A stretch of DNA of 64,000 nucleotides. Source: an uncultured delta proteobacterium. GTDB lineage: Bacteria; Myxococcota_A; UBA9160; UBA4427. Made by a program: the position numbers and the translations under genes. Under the pieces are notes generated by a model. That model saw only the letters and a list, made by a program, of their open reading frames with translations, made no database searches and had not been told where the DNA came from. Shown here in pieces: positions 51,669-60,903 of this stretch; the stretch's first letter is position 1; the number at the start of each line of letters is the position of its first letter. The stretch covers positions 384,001-448,000 of the forward strand of contig CAWGJT010000014.1 of the NCBI GenBank assembly GCA_963822965.1, written 5' to 3'.

Positions 51669-53301
51669 ATGATCCACCTGACCCACGTCACCAAGCAGCA
51701 GGGCTCGCGCGTGCTCTTTCGCGACGCCAGCTTCCAGATCCTCCCCGGTGCCCGCACCGGGCTCGTGGGCCCCAACGGCGCCGGCAAGACGACGATCTTC
51801 CGATTGATCGCGGGCGAGGACGACGCGAACGCCGGCCAGGTCACGTGCGCGAAGAACACGGTGATCGGGTACTTCTCCCAGGACGTGGGAGACATGGCCG
51901 GCTGCAGCGCGCTCGCCCAGGTGATGAGCGCTTCCGCCGACGTCGTGCGCCTCGGCGAGGAGATCCGGGCCATGGAGAGCGCCATGGCCGAGCCCCTGGT
52001 CGACGACGAGATGGCCGCGTTGCTCGAGCGCTACGGAACCGCCATGGAGGCCTTCGAACATCGAGGCGGCTACGAGCTCGAGAGTCGAGCGCGCACCGTG
52101 CTGACGGGCCTCGGAATCGGTCCCGACGACCACGCCCGGCCGGTGGAGAGCTTCAGCGGCGGGTGGAAGATGCGAATCGCCCTCGCCGGCATCCTCACCC
52201 AGAACCCCGACGTGCTGCTGCTCGACGAGCCGACGAATCACCTCGACGTCGAGTCCATCGTCTGGCTGGAGGAGTGGCTGCGGAACGAGTTTCGCGGCGC
52301 GGTGCTGCTCACGACCCACGACCGGGAGTTCATGAATCGTCTGGTGTCGCGCATCCTCGAGGTCGCGAACCAGGCCGTCACCCTCTACAACGGCGGCTTC
52401 GACTTCTACCTGCGCGAGCGCGAGATTCGCGCCGAGCAGCAGCGCGCGGCGCACAAGCGCCAGCAGGACATGCTCGCGAAGGAGGAGGAGTTCATCGCCC
52501 GCTTCGCGGCTCGCGCCTCGCATGCCGCGCAGGTGCAGTCGCGCGTGAAGAAGCTCGAGAAGATCGAGCGTGTGGAGGCGCCGCCGGATCCCAAGACGAT
52601 CCGCTTCGAGTTCGCGGCGCCGCCGCGCAGCGGTGACGACGTCGTCTCCTTCCGGAGTCTCGCGAAGACCTGGCCCGCCGACCCCCAGGTCGGAACCCGC
52701 GAGACGCCGGTGTTCCACGGGGTCTCCGGTACGGTCTCACGCGGGGACAAGATCGCGGTGGTCGGGGTGAACGGCGCCGGGAAGTCGACGTTTCTCAAGG
52801 TGCTGGCCGGTGAGACGCCGGCCTCGGGCGGCGATCTCCAGCATGGGCGCGAACGTCGGCGTCGGCTACTTCAGCCAGCACGCCATGGAGCGGCTCGTCG
52901 CCGGGCGGACGGTGCTCGAGACGCTGCAGGACGCCATGCCCCAGGCGAGCATGGGAGCGATCCGTCAGCTCGCGGCCGCGTTCCTGTTCCAGGGCGACGA
53001 CGTCGAAAAGCGGACCGAGGTGCTCTCCGGCGGCGAGAAGACCCGCCTCGTTCTCGCCACGCTGCTCGCCCAGCCCCACAACCTGCTGGTGCTCGACGAG
53101 CCCACGAACCATCTCGACCTGCTCTCGCGCGAGATCCTGCTCGAGGCGCTGCAGCGCTTCGCGGGCACGGTCGTGCTCGTGAGCCACGACCGGCACTTCC
53201 TGCGCTCGCTCGTGGGCCGGGTCTTCGAGGTGGACCACGGCGCCATGCGCGCCTACGAAGGCGACTACGACTACTACCGGGGCAAGGTCGCCGCGGCGTG
53301 A
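51669..53301 (+). CDS. ABC-F family ATP-binding protein; frameshift at ~52840
   Basis: Two NBDs (GPNGAGKT/FSGGW/LLLDEPTNHLD and GVNGAGKST/LSGGE/LVLDEPTNHLD), no TM; second NBD split across frames. Confidence 0.92.
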
Positions 53302-53341
53302 GCCGCGCGTGCCGGGGAGACGCTCCCCGGGGTCGCGCCGC

Positions 53342-53812
53342 TCACACCTCGACGGCCTCGAAGCCCACGCGGCCGTTGGGCTGTAGCCGCGCGAACTACG
53401 CCTCCACGCGGTCGAGGCCCGTCACCCGGCGGACGACGGCGGCGGCGCGTACCAGGTCGGCGCACTGGACGAGCTCCATGCGCCGGTCGGCCAGCTCGAG
53501 ACGCGCGCGGTAGAACGCGCAGTCCTGGTGGGCGACGAGCACGACGCGCTGCAGCTCGTGCGCGTCCACCAGGAAGCGGAGCTCGTCGACGACACCCTGC
53601 TCCTCGAGGTGTGCCTGGGGATGCCCGCCAGGCAGGCGGGGCCCTCCGGGCAGCGCGACGCGGTCGTAGCGGGGCAGCCCGAGGCCGTTCTGGAGGAAGT
53701 CGTCGAAGTGCTCGCCGACGCGCCCGTCCGAGCAGTAGATGGCTGCGGCGTGGATGCGCGCGACCTCGTACGCGAATCGGCTCTCGTAATCGTGCGTGGT
53801 CTTCTTCGACAC
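53342..53812 (-). CDS. Beta-carbonic-anhydrase-like protein with an internal TAG at 53396-53398
   Basis: CSDGR, LPGG and HQDC zinc-ligand pattern; frame continues past the TAG (FARLQ...FEAVEV) to TGA at 53342. Confidence 0.65.
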
Positions 53813-53932
53813 CGGAGGTCTTCTCCTGGAAGGCGATCGACGCGGATCGCCGTGCTGGGTTGCGGGCCTCGACCGCCGAGGCGCGGTGGACCAACGTTAC
53901 CGCGCCACGCCGGGTGTGGCCGGCCCGACGGC

Positions 53933-54879
53933 TCAGTCGACCTGGATCGGGTTGGCCAGCTCGAGGCCGCGGCCCAGCAGCCGGCTCTCCTGCAGCGGCG
54001 CAGCTGGTCCAGGTCGTGGCTGCGACGACCACCAGAGTCGGGATCGTCGAGCATGCCGTGAAGGGGCCGGAACTGGGCCAGCACGTCGCCGCGGTTCTCG
54101 CCGAGGACGTAGTCGGTGACGAGACGAGGGCGGTAGCGGAGCTCGCGAAGCTGGTCCATGTGCCAGGCGACGTCGCCGATGAAGAGGAACCCGCGGCCCC
54201 CCGCCGTCTCGACGTAGACGAGCTGGCTGCCCGGCGTGTGACCCGGGGCGGGGAAGACCACGATGCCGGGTGCGATCGCCCGGGCGCCCCGAGCGGACGG
54301 GCGTGATCGCCTCCATCAGCGCGGCGGGCAGCAGCTCCCGGGTCTGCGGGTTCTCGTACTGGGCGGTGGGCAGGAAGACGCGCGTCGCCAGGCCTTCGAA
54401 CTCCGCCGGGCCACCTCGGCCAGACCCTCGATGTGGTCGGCATGCTCGTGGGTCATCACGACGACCCGCGCGCCGGGCAGCGCGCGTTCAGCCCTTCGAA
54501 GGCGCGCAGCGTCGTAGATGCCGCGCCCGCGCGCGGCCATCTGCTCGAATACCTCCGGCCCGAAGCCGGCGTCGATCAGCGCATAGCTGCCGTCCGGGAT
54601 AGACGACCTGGTAGGCGCCGTGGACCATCGTGTGGGGCGAGAAGTCGAAGCCCGAGAAGAGGGCGGCGCGGGGCAGGCTCGCCTCGGCGATCTTCACGTG
54701 GTTGACGCGCACGGGCAGGTCGCCGGGCAGGCGTGGGCCGCGGGCTGGATCGCCGTCCGGTCGATCGCGTAGTCCGAATGCACGGGGACGTCTTCCCCGC
54801 CCAGCAGGTAGACGCCGGCGCCGGCCGCGAGGAGGAGCAGCAGCGCGATGGTGAGCCCCAGGATCCGCAGGATCCTCAT
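53933..54879 (-). pseudogene. MBL-fold metallo-hydrolase, broken by several frameshifts (decay or sequencing error)
   Basis: Fragments in different frames: signal MRILRILG..., THEHADHIEG, PGHTPGSQ, FIGDVAW, SHD. Confidence 0.75.
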
Positions 54880-55011
54880 CGTTTCCCTCCTCCGGGGGAG
54901 ACGCTCGGCGTCGCGCCCGAAGGCTCGGGTGGGTTGCCCATGCGGGAGACTACCATGCGACGCATCCGCAGGGGCCGAAGGACCGGGAAGGTTCGATGGG
55001 CGAACGCGCTC

Positions 55012-56037
55012 TCAGGCGCGGGCGACGACCAGCTTGACGGCGGGCTCGAGGTAGGCGCGGGGCGCCTCCTCCCAGTCGGCCACCCGGGTGGTGACGTGCT
55101 GGGGCTGGAGCCGCCCGGACTCGATCAGCGGCATCACCTCGGGAAGCAGCGCCGCCGCGTGGGCGCGGCCGATGAAGAAGCGGATGCCCAGGGTGTAGAG
55201 CCTGCCCAGGGGCAGCGGCGTCTCGGGTGCGGGGTAGAAGCTCACGCTCTGGAGCGTGCCCTCCGCCCGGGTCGACGCGATCGCATAGCGGAGTCCTTCC
55301 GGTCGCGAGCCGCAGTCCACCACGATCGGGTAGCGATCCCGACGGCGGCCGAAGTCGGTGCGCACGGCCCGGGCGCCGAGCTTCTCGGCCAGCGCGAGGA
55401 CCTCGTCCTGGTCGCTCGCGAAGTCGACCCGCCCCGCCCCGAGCGCCCGCGCGGCCTGCACGCCGTAGAGGGCGAGGCTCGGGGTGCCGTGGCAGACGAA
55501 GAGCACGTCGGCCCCGGGCTGCGCGGCGAGATGAGGCGCCACGCTGCGATAGCCGTCCAGCACGTTGTCGGAGACGCTGGCCAGGCGCCACCGGGTCCGA
55601 CGCCCGCCGGCACGCGGCTGCAGCATGGCCTCGGCGTGGGGCACGCGCACGAGATCCGAGAGCATGCCCCCGTACTCCACGCCGGAGAGCGGCTGCATCC
55701 CGTAGTCGGAGAGCACCGGGTAGGCGTCGCAGCCCGCCGTGTGGCCGGCGTGGCAGGAGGCGCAGCTGCCGCAGGAGAGCTGGAAGGCGACGACCACGTG
55801 CTGCCCGATCTCGAGCCCGCGCACGCCGTCGCCCAGGGCGACGATCTCCGCCACGCACTCGTGGCCCAGCGCGAACGGTCCGCGCGAGGGCAGCAGCCCC
55901 GAGATGAGGAAGGGGTCGATCTCGCAGCGGGCCACCGCCAGCGGCCGTACGAGCGCCTCGCCGTCGCCCGCGAGCCGCGGCTCGGGAACCTCGCGCCATT
56001 CGACCTTCTGCCGACCGGTACAGGTGAGCTGTCTCAT
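55012..56037 (-). CDS. Zinc-dependent alcohol dehydrogenase (MDR) family
   Basis: RCEID; LGHECV; CGSCASC...C; an internal stretch QPRAGGRRTRWRL suggests compensating indels. Confidence 0.9.
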   Translation of the reverse strand: MRQLTCTGRQKVEWREVPEPRLAGDGEALVRPLAVARCEIDPFLISGLLPSRGPFALGHECVAEIVALGDGVRGLEIGQHVVVAFQLSCGSCASCHAGHTAGCDAYPVLSDYGMQPLSGVEYGGMLSDLVRVPHAEAMLQPRAGGRRTRWRLASVSDNVLDGYRSVAPHLAAQPGADVLFVCHGTPSLALYGVQAARALGAGRVDFASDQDEVLALAEKLGARAVRTDFGRRRDRYPIVVDCGSRPEGLRYAIASTRAEGTLQSVSFYPAPETPLPLGRLYTLGIRFFIGRAHAAALLPEVMPLIESGRLQPQHVTTRVADWEEAPRAYLEPAVKLVVARA

Positions 56038-56128
56038 GGGCGCGGAGGCTACGGGCGGCTCGGGCACGCGGGCAAGCGAATCGTTTGCATGCGCGCGTGC
56101 AGCCCACGCAATCGCAGTCCGCTCCCGA

Positions 56129-57010
56129 TCAGGCGAGCGCGGCGACCAGCCAGTCCCGCAGGGCGACGATGCGCGGGTCGCCGAGACCCTCTTCTCGGCA
56201 GACCAGGTGGTAGGTCGAAGCGGAACGGGTGCGGAGAGGGAAGGGCGCGACCAGGCGGCCGTCGGCCAGCTCGGGTGCGCACAGGATCTCCGTGGAGAGA
56301 GCGACCCCTTGTCCCGAGACGGCGGCGCTCAGGGCGATCTCCACGTGGTCGTACACCACCCGGCGTCGCGGCTCGAGCCCCGCCAGCCCGGCGCGCTCGA
56401 GCCAGCCCCGCCAGGCCTCGGGCGTCTGGGAGATGCCGATGCAGGTGTGGGCCGCCAGATCGCGAGGCTCGCGGAGACCGGGCTCGCCGGCCGCCAGGGC
56501 GGGGCTGCACACCGGAAAGAAGTCGAGGTCGACGAGCGGCTCGGAGTGCAGCCCGTCCCACGGCCCTTCGCCGAAGCGGATCGCCACGTCGACCGGATCG
56601 CGGTCGAAGTCGGCGTAGCGCAGGGTCGCCTCGATCTCGAGCTCGACACCCGGATGAACGGCCTCGAAGCCCGGCAGGTTCGGGATCAGCCACTTCGCGC
56701 TGAAGGACTCGAGAGCGCTGACCCGCAGGGGGCCCGACGGCTGCGGGGCGACCGAGCGCTGGGCGGCGCGGAGTACCGCCAGTGCCTCCTCGACGCGACC
56801 GCGATAGCGCAGCCCCGCGGCGGTCAGCTCGAGGCCCGGGTTCAGCCGGCGGAGGAGCGGCACCCCCAGGTGCTCTTCGAGGCCCTGGATCTGGCGGCTC
56901 ACCGCCGACGGCGACAGCGCGAGCTCGCGCGCCGCCGCCTTGATGCTGAGCGTCCCGGCGACGGCGCAGAACGCGCGCAGGGCCGCGATCGGCGGAAGCT
57001 CATCGCGCAT
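56129..57010 (-). CDS. LysR family regulator (GcvA-like)
   Basis: LPPIAALRAF...AARELALSPSAVSRQI..LEE.LG; WLIPNL..F...HP; DVAIRFG.G.W. Confidence 0.93.
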   Translation of the reverse strand: MRDELPPIAALRAFCAVAGTLSIKAAARELALSPSAVSRQIQGLEEHLGVPLLRRLNPGLELTAAGLRYRGRVEEALAVLRAAQRSVAPQPSGPLRVSALESFSAKWLIPNLPGFEAVHPGVELEIEATLRYADFDRDPVDVAIRFGEGPWDGLHSEPLVDLDFFPVCSPALAAGEPGLREPRDLAAHTCIGISQTPEAWRGWLERAGLAGLEPRRRVVYDHVEIALSAAVSGQGVALSTEILCAPELADGRLVAPFPLRTRSASTYHLVCREEGLGDPRIVALRDWLVAALA

Positions 57011-57172
57011 GGGACGGGTCGCGAACCGAGTCCGTCATGCGGGGGGTCGGCTCCTCTCGGGTGGGCGCGAGGGGCATGGTAGCCCGGGGGTCGGCTCGAC
57101 CCCCGGGCTACCGATCGACGCCTCGATCCGGGCGCACAGCGCGCGCCCGGGCGCTCCCGCGCGGCGACCGGA

Positions 57173-58006
57173 TCAGAGGTCGAGCTGCTTCGGCGGGCGG
57201 ATCACGATGTCGGCGATGTTGACGTGGGGCGGCTGCGTGACCGCGTAGAGCACGGCCTGGGCCACGTCCGCCGGGTCGCCGAGGAGCTGCGCGAGCTTGT
57301 CGGCCAGCTTCGCGAACACCTCGTCGGGCAGTCGCTCCCCGGGCTTCACCTCGACGTCGAGGCCCGCCATCTTGACGAAGCCGGCCACGAAGGCCGGGTC
57401 GAAGTTGCGCGCGAAGTTGGTCGCGATCGCGCCGGGCATCACGTTGACGACGCGGATCGAGTCGTCCTCGAGCTCCTTCCGGAGGGTCGCGGAGATCGCG
57501 TCGACAGCGTGCTTGGTGGCGCCGTAGACGCCGGAGTCCCGGCGCTGGGCGGCGATGGACGAGATGTTGACGACGTGGCCGTCGGCACCGCAGGCCCGCA
57601 TCGCGCGCACCCCCGCCTGGCAGCCCACGAGCAGCGCCAGCACGTTGGTCTCGAGCATCGTCCGCCACTCCTCGGGATCGCCCTCGAGGATGGGCGCCGG
57701 GTACGAGACGCCGGCATTGTTGACCAGGATGTCGAGGCGTCCGGTCTCGGCGACGGCGGCGTCGACGAGAGCGCGCACCTGGGCGGGATCACGGACGTCG
57801 GCGACCACGCTCTGCGCGCGGCCCCCGGACTCCTCGATCTTCTTCACCGAGGCCTCCATGGAGGCTGCCGTGCGCCCGCTCAGGAAGACGTGGGCGCCCG
57901 CGGCACCGAGGGTCTCCGCGATGGCGCGGCCGATGCCGCTGGAGGCGCCGGTCACGACGGCGGTGCGGCCTTGCAGGGGGGACGTGGGGCTCGGGGTCTC
58001 GCTCAT
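57173..58006 (-). CDS. SDR family oxidoreductase
   Basis: TGASSGIG; LVNNAG; NISS; YGATK. Confidence 0.93.
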   Translation of the reverse strand: MSETPSPTSPLQGRTAVVTGASSGIGRAIAETLGAAGAHVFLSGRTAASMEASVKKIEESGGRAQSVVADVRDPAQVRALVDAAVAETGRLDILVNNAGVSYPAPILEGDPEEWRTMLETNVLALLVGCQAGVRAMRACGADGHVVNISSIAAQRRDSGVYGATKHAVDAISATLRKELEDDSIRVVNVMPGAIATNFARNFDPAFVAGFVKMAGLDVEVKPGERLPDEVFAKLADKLAQLLGDPADVAQAVLYAVTQPPHVNIADIVIRPPKQLDL

Positions 58007-58048
58007 GGGAAGCTCTCCGGGGTGGGGCGCGCGGGGTGAGATGTCGAA

Positions 58049-58077
58049 TTGACAGTTTCAGTATGAAATGTCACTTT
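58049..58077 (+). promoter_or_regulatory. Sigma70-like promoter (TTGACA-17 nt-CACTTT) overlapped by a palindromic putative TetR operator
   Basis: TGACAgTTTCA-gta-TGAAATGTCA (58050-58073) in an AT-rich patch between the divergent SDR and TetR genes. Confidence 0.65.
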
Positions 58078-58084
58078 GTCAAGC

Positions 58085-58708
58085 GTGGTCCCCGATCCCG
58101 ACGGCGCCGGCCGCCGCGAGGCCATCCTCGCCGCCGCCTTCGTGCAGTTCATGCGGTACGGCTATCGCCGCACCGCGATGGAGGACATCGCCCGCGAGAC
58201 GGGCGTCTCCCGGGCCTCGCTCTACCGGCACTTCGCGAACAAGGAGGAGATCTTCCGCTCCCTCGCGGAGGGGCTTCACGACGAGGCCGTCACCGCCGCC
58301 GAATCGGCCCTCAAGGCGCCCGGCCCCGTCGAGGGCCGGGTTCGGGCGGCCCTCGAGGCGAAGAGCGTGCGATTCCTCGAGGTCATGCACGGCTCGCCCC
58401 ACGGCGGCGAGCTGGTGGACGAGAGCAGCCGGCTCTGCGGCGAGCTGGCGTCGGCCAGCGAGGCCCGGGTCCAGAAGCGGCTCACCGAGGCGCTTCGCGC
58501 CGCGGCACGCTCGGGCGAGATCGATCTCGGCGCTGCGGGCCTGAGCGCGGTCGCCGCCGCCGAGCTGCTGGTGCTGGCCGCGGGAGGCCTGAAGCACGGC
58601 GCGGGCGACGTCGACGCCTTCCGCGCGCGGCTGGCCGGCCTGGTGCGGGTCTTCTTCGCCGGGCTGACGGCGTCTTCGGCCTTGCTGACGGCGTCTTCGG
58701 CTTGCTGA
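58085..58708 (+). CDS. TetR/AcrR family regulator
   Basis: RREAILAAA...[35 protein letters not shown]. Confidence 0.93.
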   Translation: MVPDPDGAGRREAILAAAFVQFMRYGYRRTAMEDIARETGVSRASLYRHFANKEEIFRSLAEGLHDEAVTAAESALKAPGPVEGRVRAALEAKSVRFLEVMHGSPHGGELVDESSRLCGELASASEARVQKRLTEALRAAARSGEIDLGAAGLSAVAAAELLVLAAGGLKHGAGDVDAFRARLAGLVRVFFAGLTASSALLTASSAC

Positions 58709-58790
58709 CGGCGTCTTCGGCTTGCTGACGGCGTCTTCGGCTTGCTGACGGCGTCTTCGGCTTGCTGACGGCGTCTTCGGCTTGCTGACG
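58663..58790. repeat. 20-bp tandem repeat, about 6.4 copies, no spacers
   Basis: cttgctgacggcgtcttcgg exact at 58681, 58701, 58721, 58741 and 58761, plus partial flanking copies. Confidence 0.95.
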
Positions 58791-58818
58791 CGGTCGGCCT
58801 GGTGCGGCGGTGGACGGA

Positions 58819-59124
58819 TCAGTCCGCCTCGGCCTTGCGCTGTGCCTCCGCGACCCGGAAGAGAACGAGCGCCGCCTCCGAGTCGCCGTCCGCCGCGCGC
58901 GCGACGATGGCGTCGAAGGCGCTGCGGAGCATGTCGTCCGTGACCGGTGCCACCAGCTCGCTGCTCGCCAGCTGCTCGGCAAGCTCGTCCATCACGGGGC
59001 TCGCGTAGAAGCGGTTGCCACTGTTGCCGACGCCGCTCACGAGGTCGTCTCCGATGCCGCAGGCGAGCGCGCCGACGGCCAGGGCCGCAAGCACCCCGTG
59101 ACTCACCAGACGCGTCTTCTTCAT
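58819..59124 (-). CDS. Small lipoprotein
   Basis: [32 protein letters not shown] lipobox. Confidence 0.7.
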   Translation of the reverse strand: MKKTRLVSHGVLAALAVGALACGIGDDLVSGVGNSGNRFYASPVMDELAEQLASSELVAPVTDDMLRSAFDAIVARAADGDSEAALVLFRVAEAQRKAEAD

Positions 59125-59794
59125 CGTGGTTCCTCCTCGAGGTTCGACCGAGCAGGTAGGCGCCGGCCCGCTCGAACACGAACGGCGACCGGTGGGGCCG
59201 GCATGGTGCCGAGAGCGGATCGCGGTACACGACGTGGCGACCCCGCCAGTGCACGAGGTCGGGCGAGTCGCGGCGGCGACGATGAAGTGGCCGCCGGAGG
59301 GGGCGGCCGTCGCCGTGTAGTACAGCGCCAGCCGTCGGCCGTTCGCAGGACCATGGGGTCGCGCGCCTCGTAGCCGTCGACGACGAGGGGGTTGCTCGGA
59401 TGTCGCGTCCACGACCACGCGTCGGCCGAGGTGGCCAGGTGGAGCCGGTACGCGGACTTCGATGCGCCCCCGGCGCAGTAGAACATCCAGTAGACCCGTC
59501 GTGAAGAGACGACGTGCGGAGCCCAGAGCTGGGTCTCGCCCACGCGGGGTCGGCCGAGAGCGCGAACGGCTGCTTGCTCCAGGGGCCCTGCAGCGCCGGG
59601 GCCGTGGCGTGGGCGAGGTGCCGCTCGTCGAAGGGCGCCGCCGGCTCGGCGTGGGTGATGCCGATCAGGTGCCAGGTCCCCTCGCGGTCTCGAAAGAAGG
59701 TGTGGTCGTTCAGGTACCAGGGTTCGGGCTCGCCGACGGACGGGTCGTAGACGAGCCGATACGGACCGGCCGACAGCTTCGTCTCTGCCTCCAT
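59121..59794 (-). pseudogene. GH32/GH43-like five-bladed beta-propeller glycosidase, multiply frameshifted
   Basis: [36 protein letters not shown] and SPFV fragments in different frames. Confidence 0.7.
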
Positions 59795-59936
59795 CGGTCG
59801 CAGCGTAGCCCGGTGGACGCGGGGCGTCGGTGGCGCGCGCCGCGCGCCGCCTCCCGGTAGACTGACGGGCTCCGACGCACGCCGTGCGGTCCGCCGGCAC
59901 GGCTGCACCGGACCCGCTCGAGGAGCGACGCCGCAC

Positions 59937-60608
59937 GTGGACGTCATCGATCCGACCACCCAGGGGTTCACGCGTGCCCTGATCGTGGGCGCCCACCCCG
60001 ACGACGCCGAGTTCTACGCCGGCGGTACGGCGATGCGGCTCGCGCGCGCCGGCTGCGAGGTGCACCTGGTGGTGTGCACCGACGGCCAGCGCGGCTCGCT
60101 CACGGAGCGCTCCGATCTGGGGACGGTGCGTCGGGCCGAGCAGGAAGCTGCCGTGCGGAAGCTCGGCCTCGCGAGCCTCGTGAACCTGGGCCGACCCGAC
60201 GGAGAGCTGGTGCCCGACGGCCCCCTCGTCGCCGAGCTCGTGCGAGCGATCCGGCGCACGCGGCCGGACGTGGTGCTCGTCCACGACCCCGACACCCGCT
60301 ACAAGCGGCTGGGCGGGCGCACCTTCCCGGTCATTCGGACCACCGGGCGGCAGGAGCCGCGACCCTCGACGCCATCTACCCGCGCGCGATCAGCGCGAGC
60401 TTCTTTCCGAGCAGCCGCCGAGCCCGACCTCCAGCTCTGGATGCCCCGACACTTCTGGCTCTTCGACACGCGAAGGGACACGCGGGTGTGGAGAGGAGTG
60501 AGACACGCCGAGCGGTTCTTCGACCGCTGTGCGGGGGCGGTCCATCGCAAGGTAGCCCGGTGGACGGTGCGGCGTCGGTCGCGCGCGTCGCGACGCGCCT
60601 CCCGGTAG
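59937..60608 (+). pseudogene. PIG-L/LmbE family deacetylase, frameshifted at ~60330 and degenerate at the 3' end
   Basis: [22 protein letters not shown]; the HSDH motif is in another frame. Confidence 0.75.
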
Positions 60609-60686
60609 ACTGGTGGTCTCCGCTCACTCGTCGCGCGGTCCCGGGGGCGCGGCGGCACGAGACCCGTACGAGGAGCCAGGTCCTTC

Positions 60687-60758
60687 GTGGACGCCATCGA
60701 TCCGACGGCCCAGGGGTTCACGCGCGCTCTCATCGTGGGGGCCCACCCCGATGACGCC
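60687..60758 (+). pseudogene. 5' remnant (24 codons) of a second PIG-L deacetylase copy
   Basis: [24 protein letters not shown] is nearly identical to the N-terminus at 59937, then similarity ends. Confidence 0.7.
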
Positions 60759-60903
60759 CCCGCCGCCCGCGGATCCGGAACGGCCCGCCCCGGCGGGGCC
60801 CGGAGCCGATTCCGAAAGGCGACTCGGAGTCCGCTGCGCCGGCTCCCGAGCGAGCGAACAGCGCTAACGTCCCCGGCCTGGATTCTCCCATGAGGAAGCT
60901 GGC

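Larger units (their letters stand above)
59805..60758 (+). repeat. Diverged ~200-bp direct repeat (59805-60008 and 60552-60758)
   Basis: Shared blocks gtagcccggtggac, ctcccggtagactg, gaggagc, gtggacg.catcgatccgac..cccaggggttcacgcg, gcccaccccga.gacgcc. Confidence 0.85.

Noticed and set aside
53396..53398. Recoded amber codon (pyrrolysine or readthrough) in the CA-like gene
   Set aside because: TAG is one base from TAC (Tyr) in an error-rich region, and there is no supporting machinery in the window.
58663..58790. CRISPR array
   Set aside because: Units abut directly with no unique spacers, and no cas genes are recognisable in the window.
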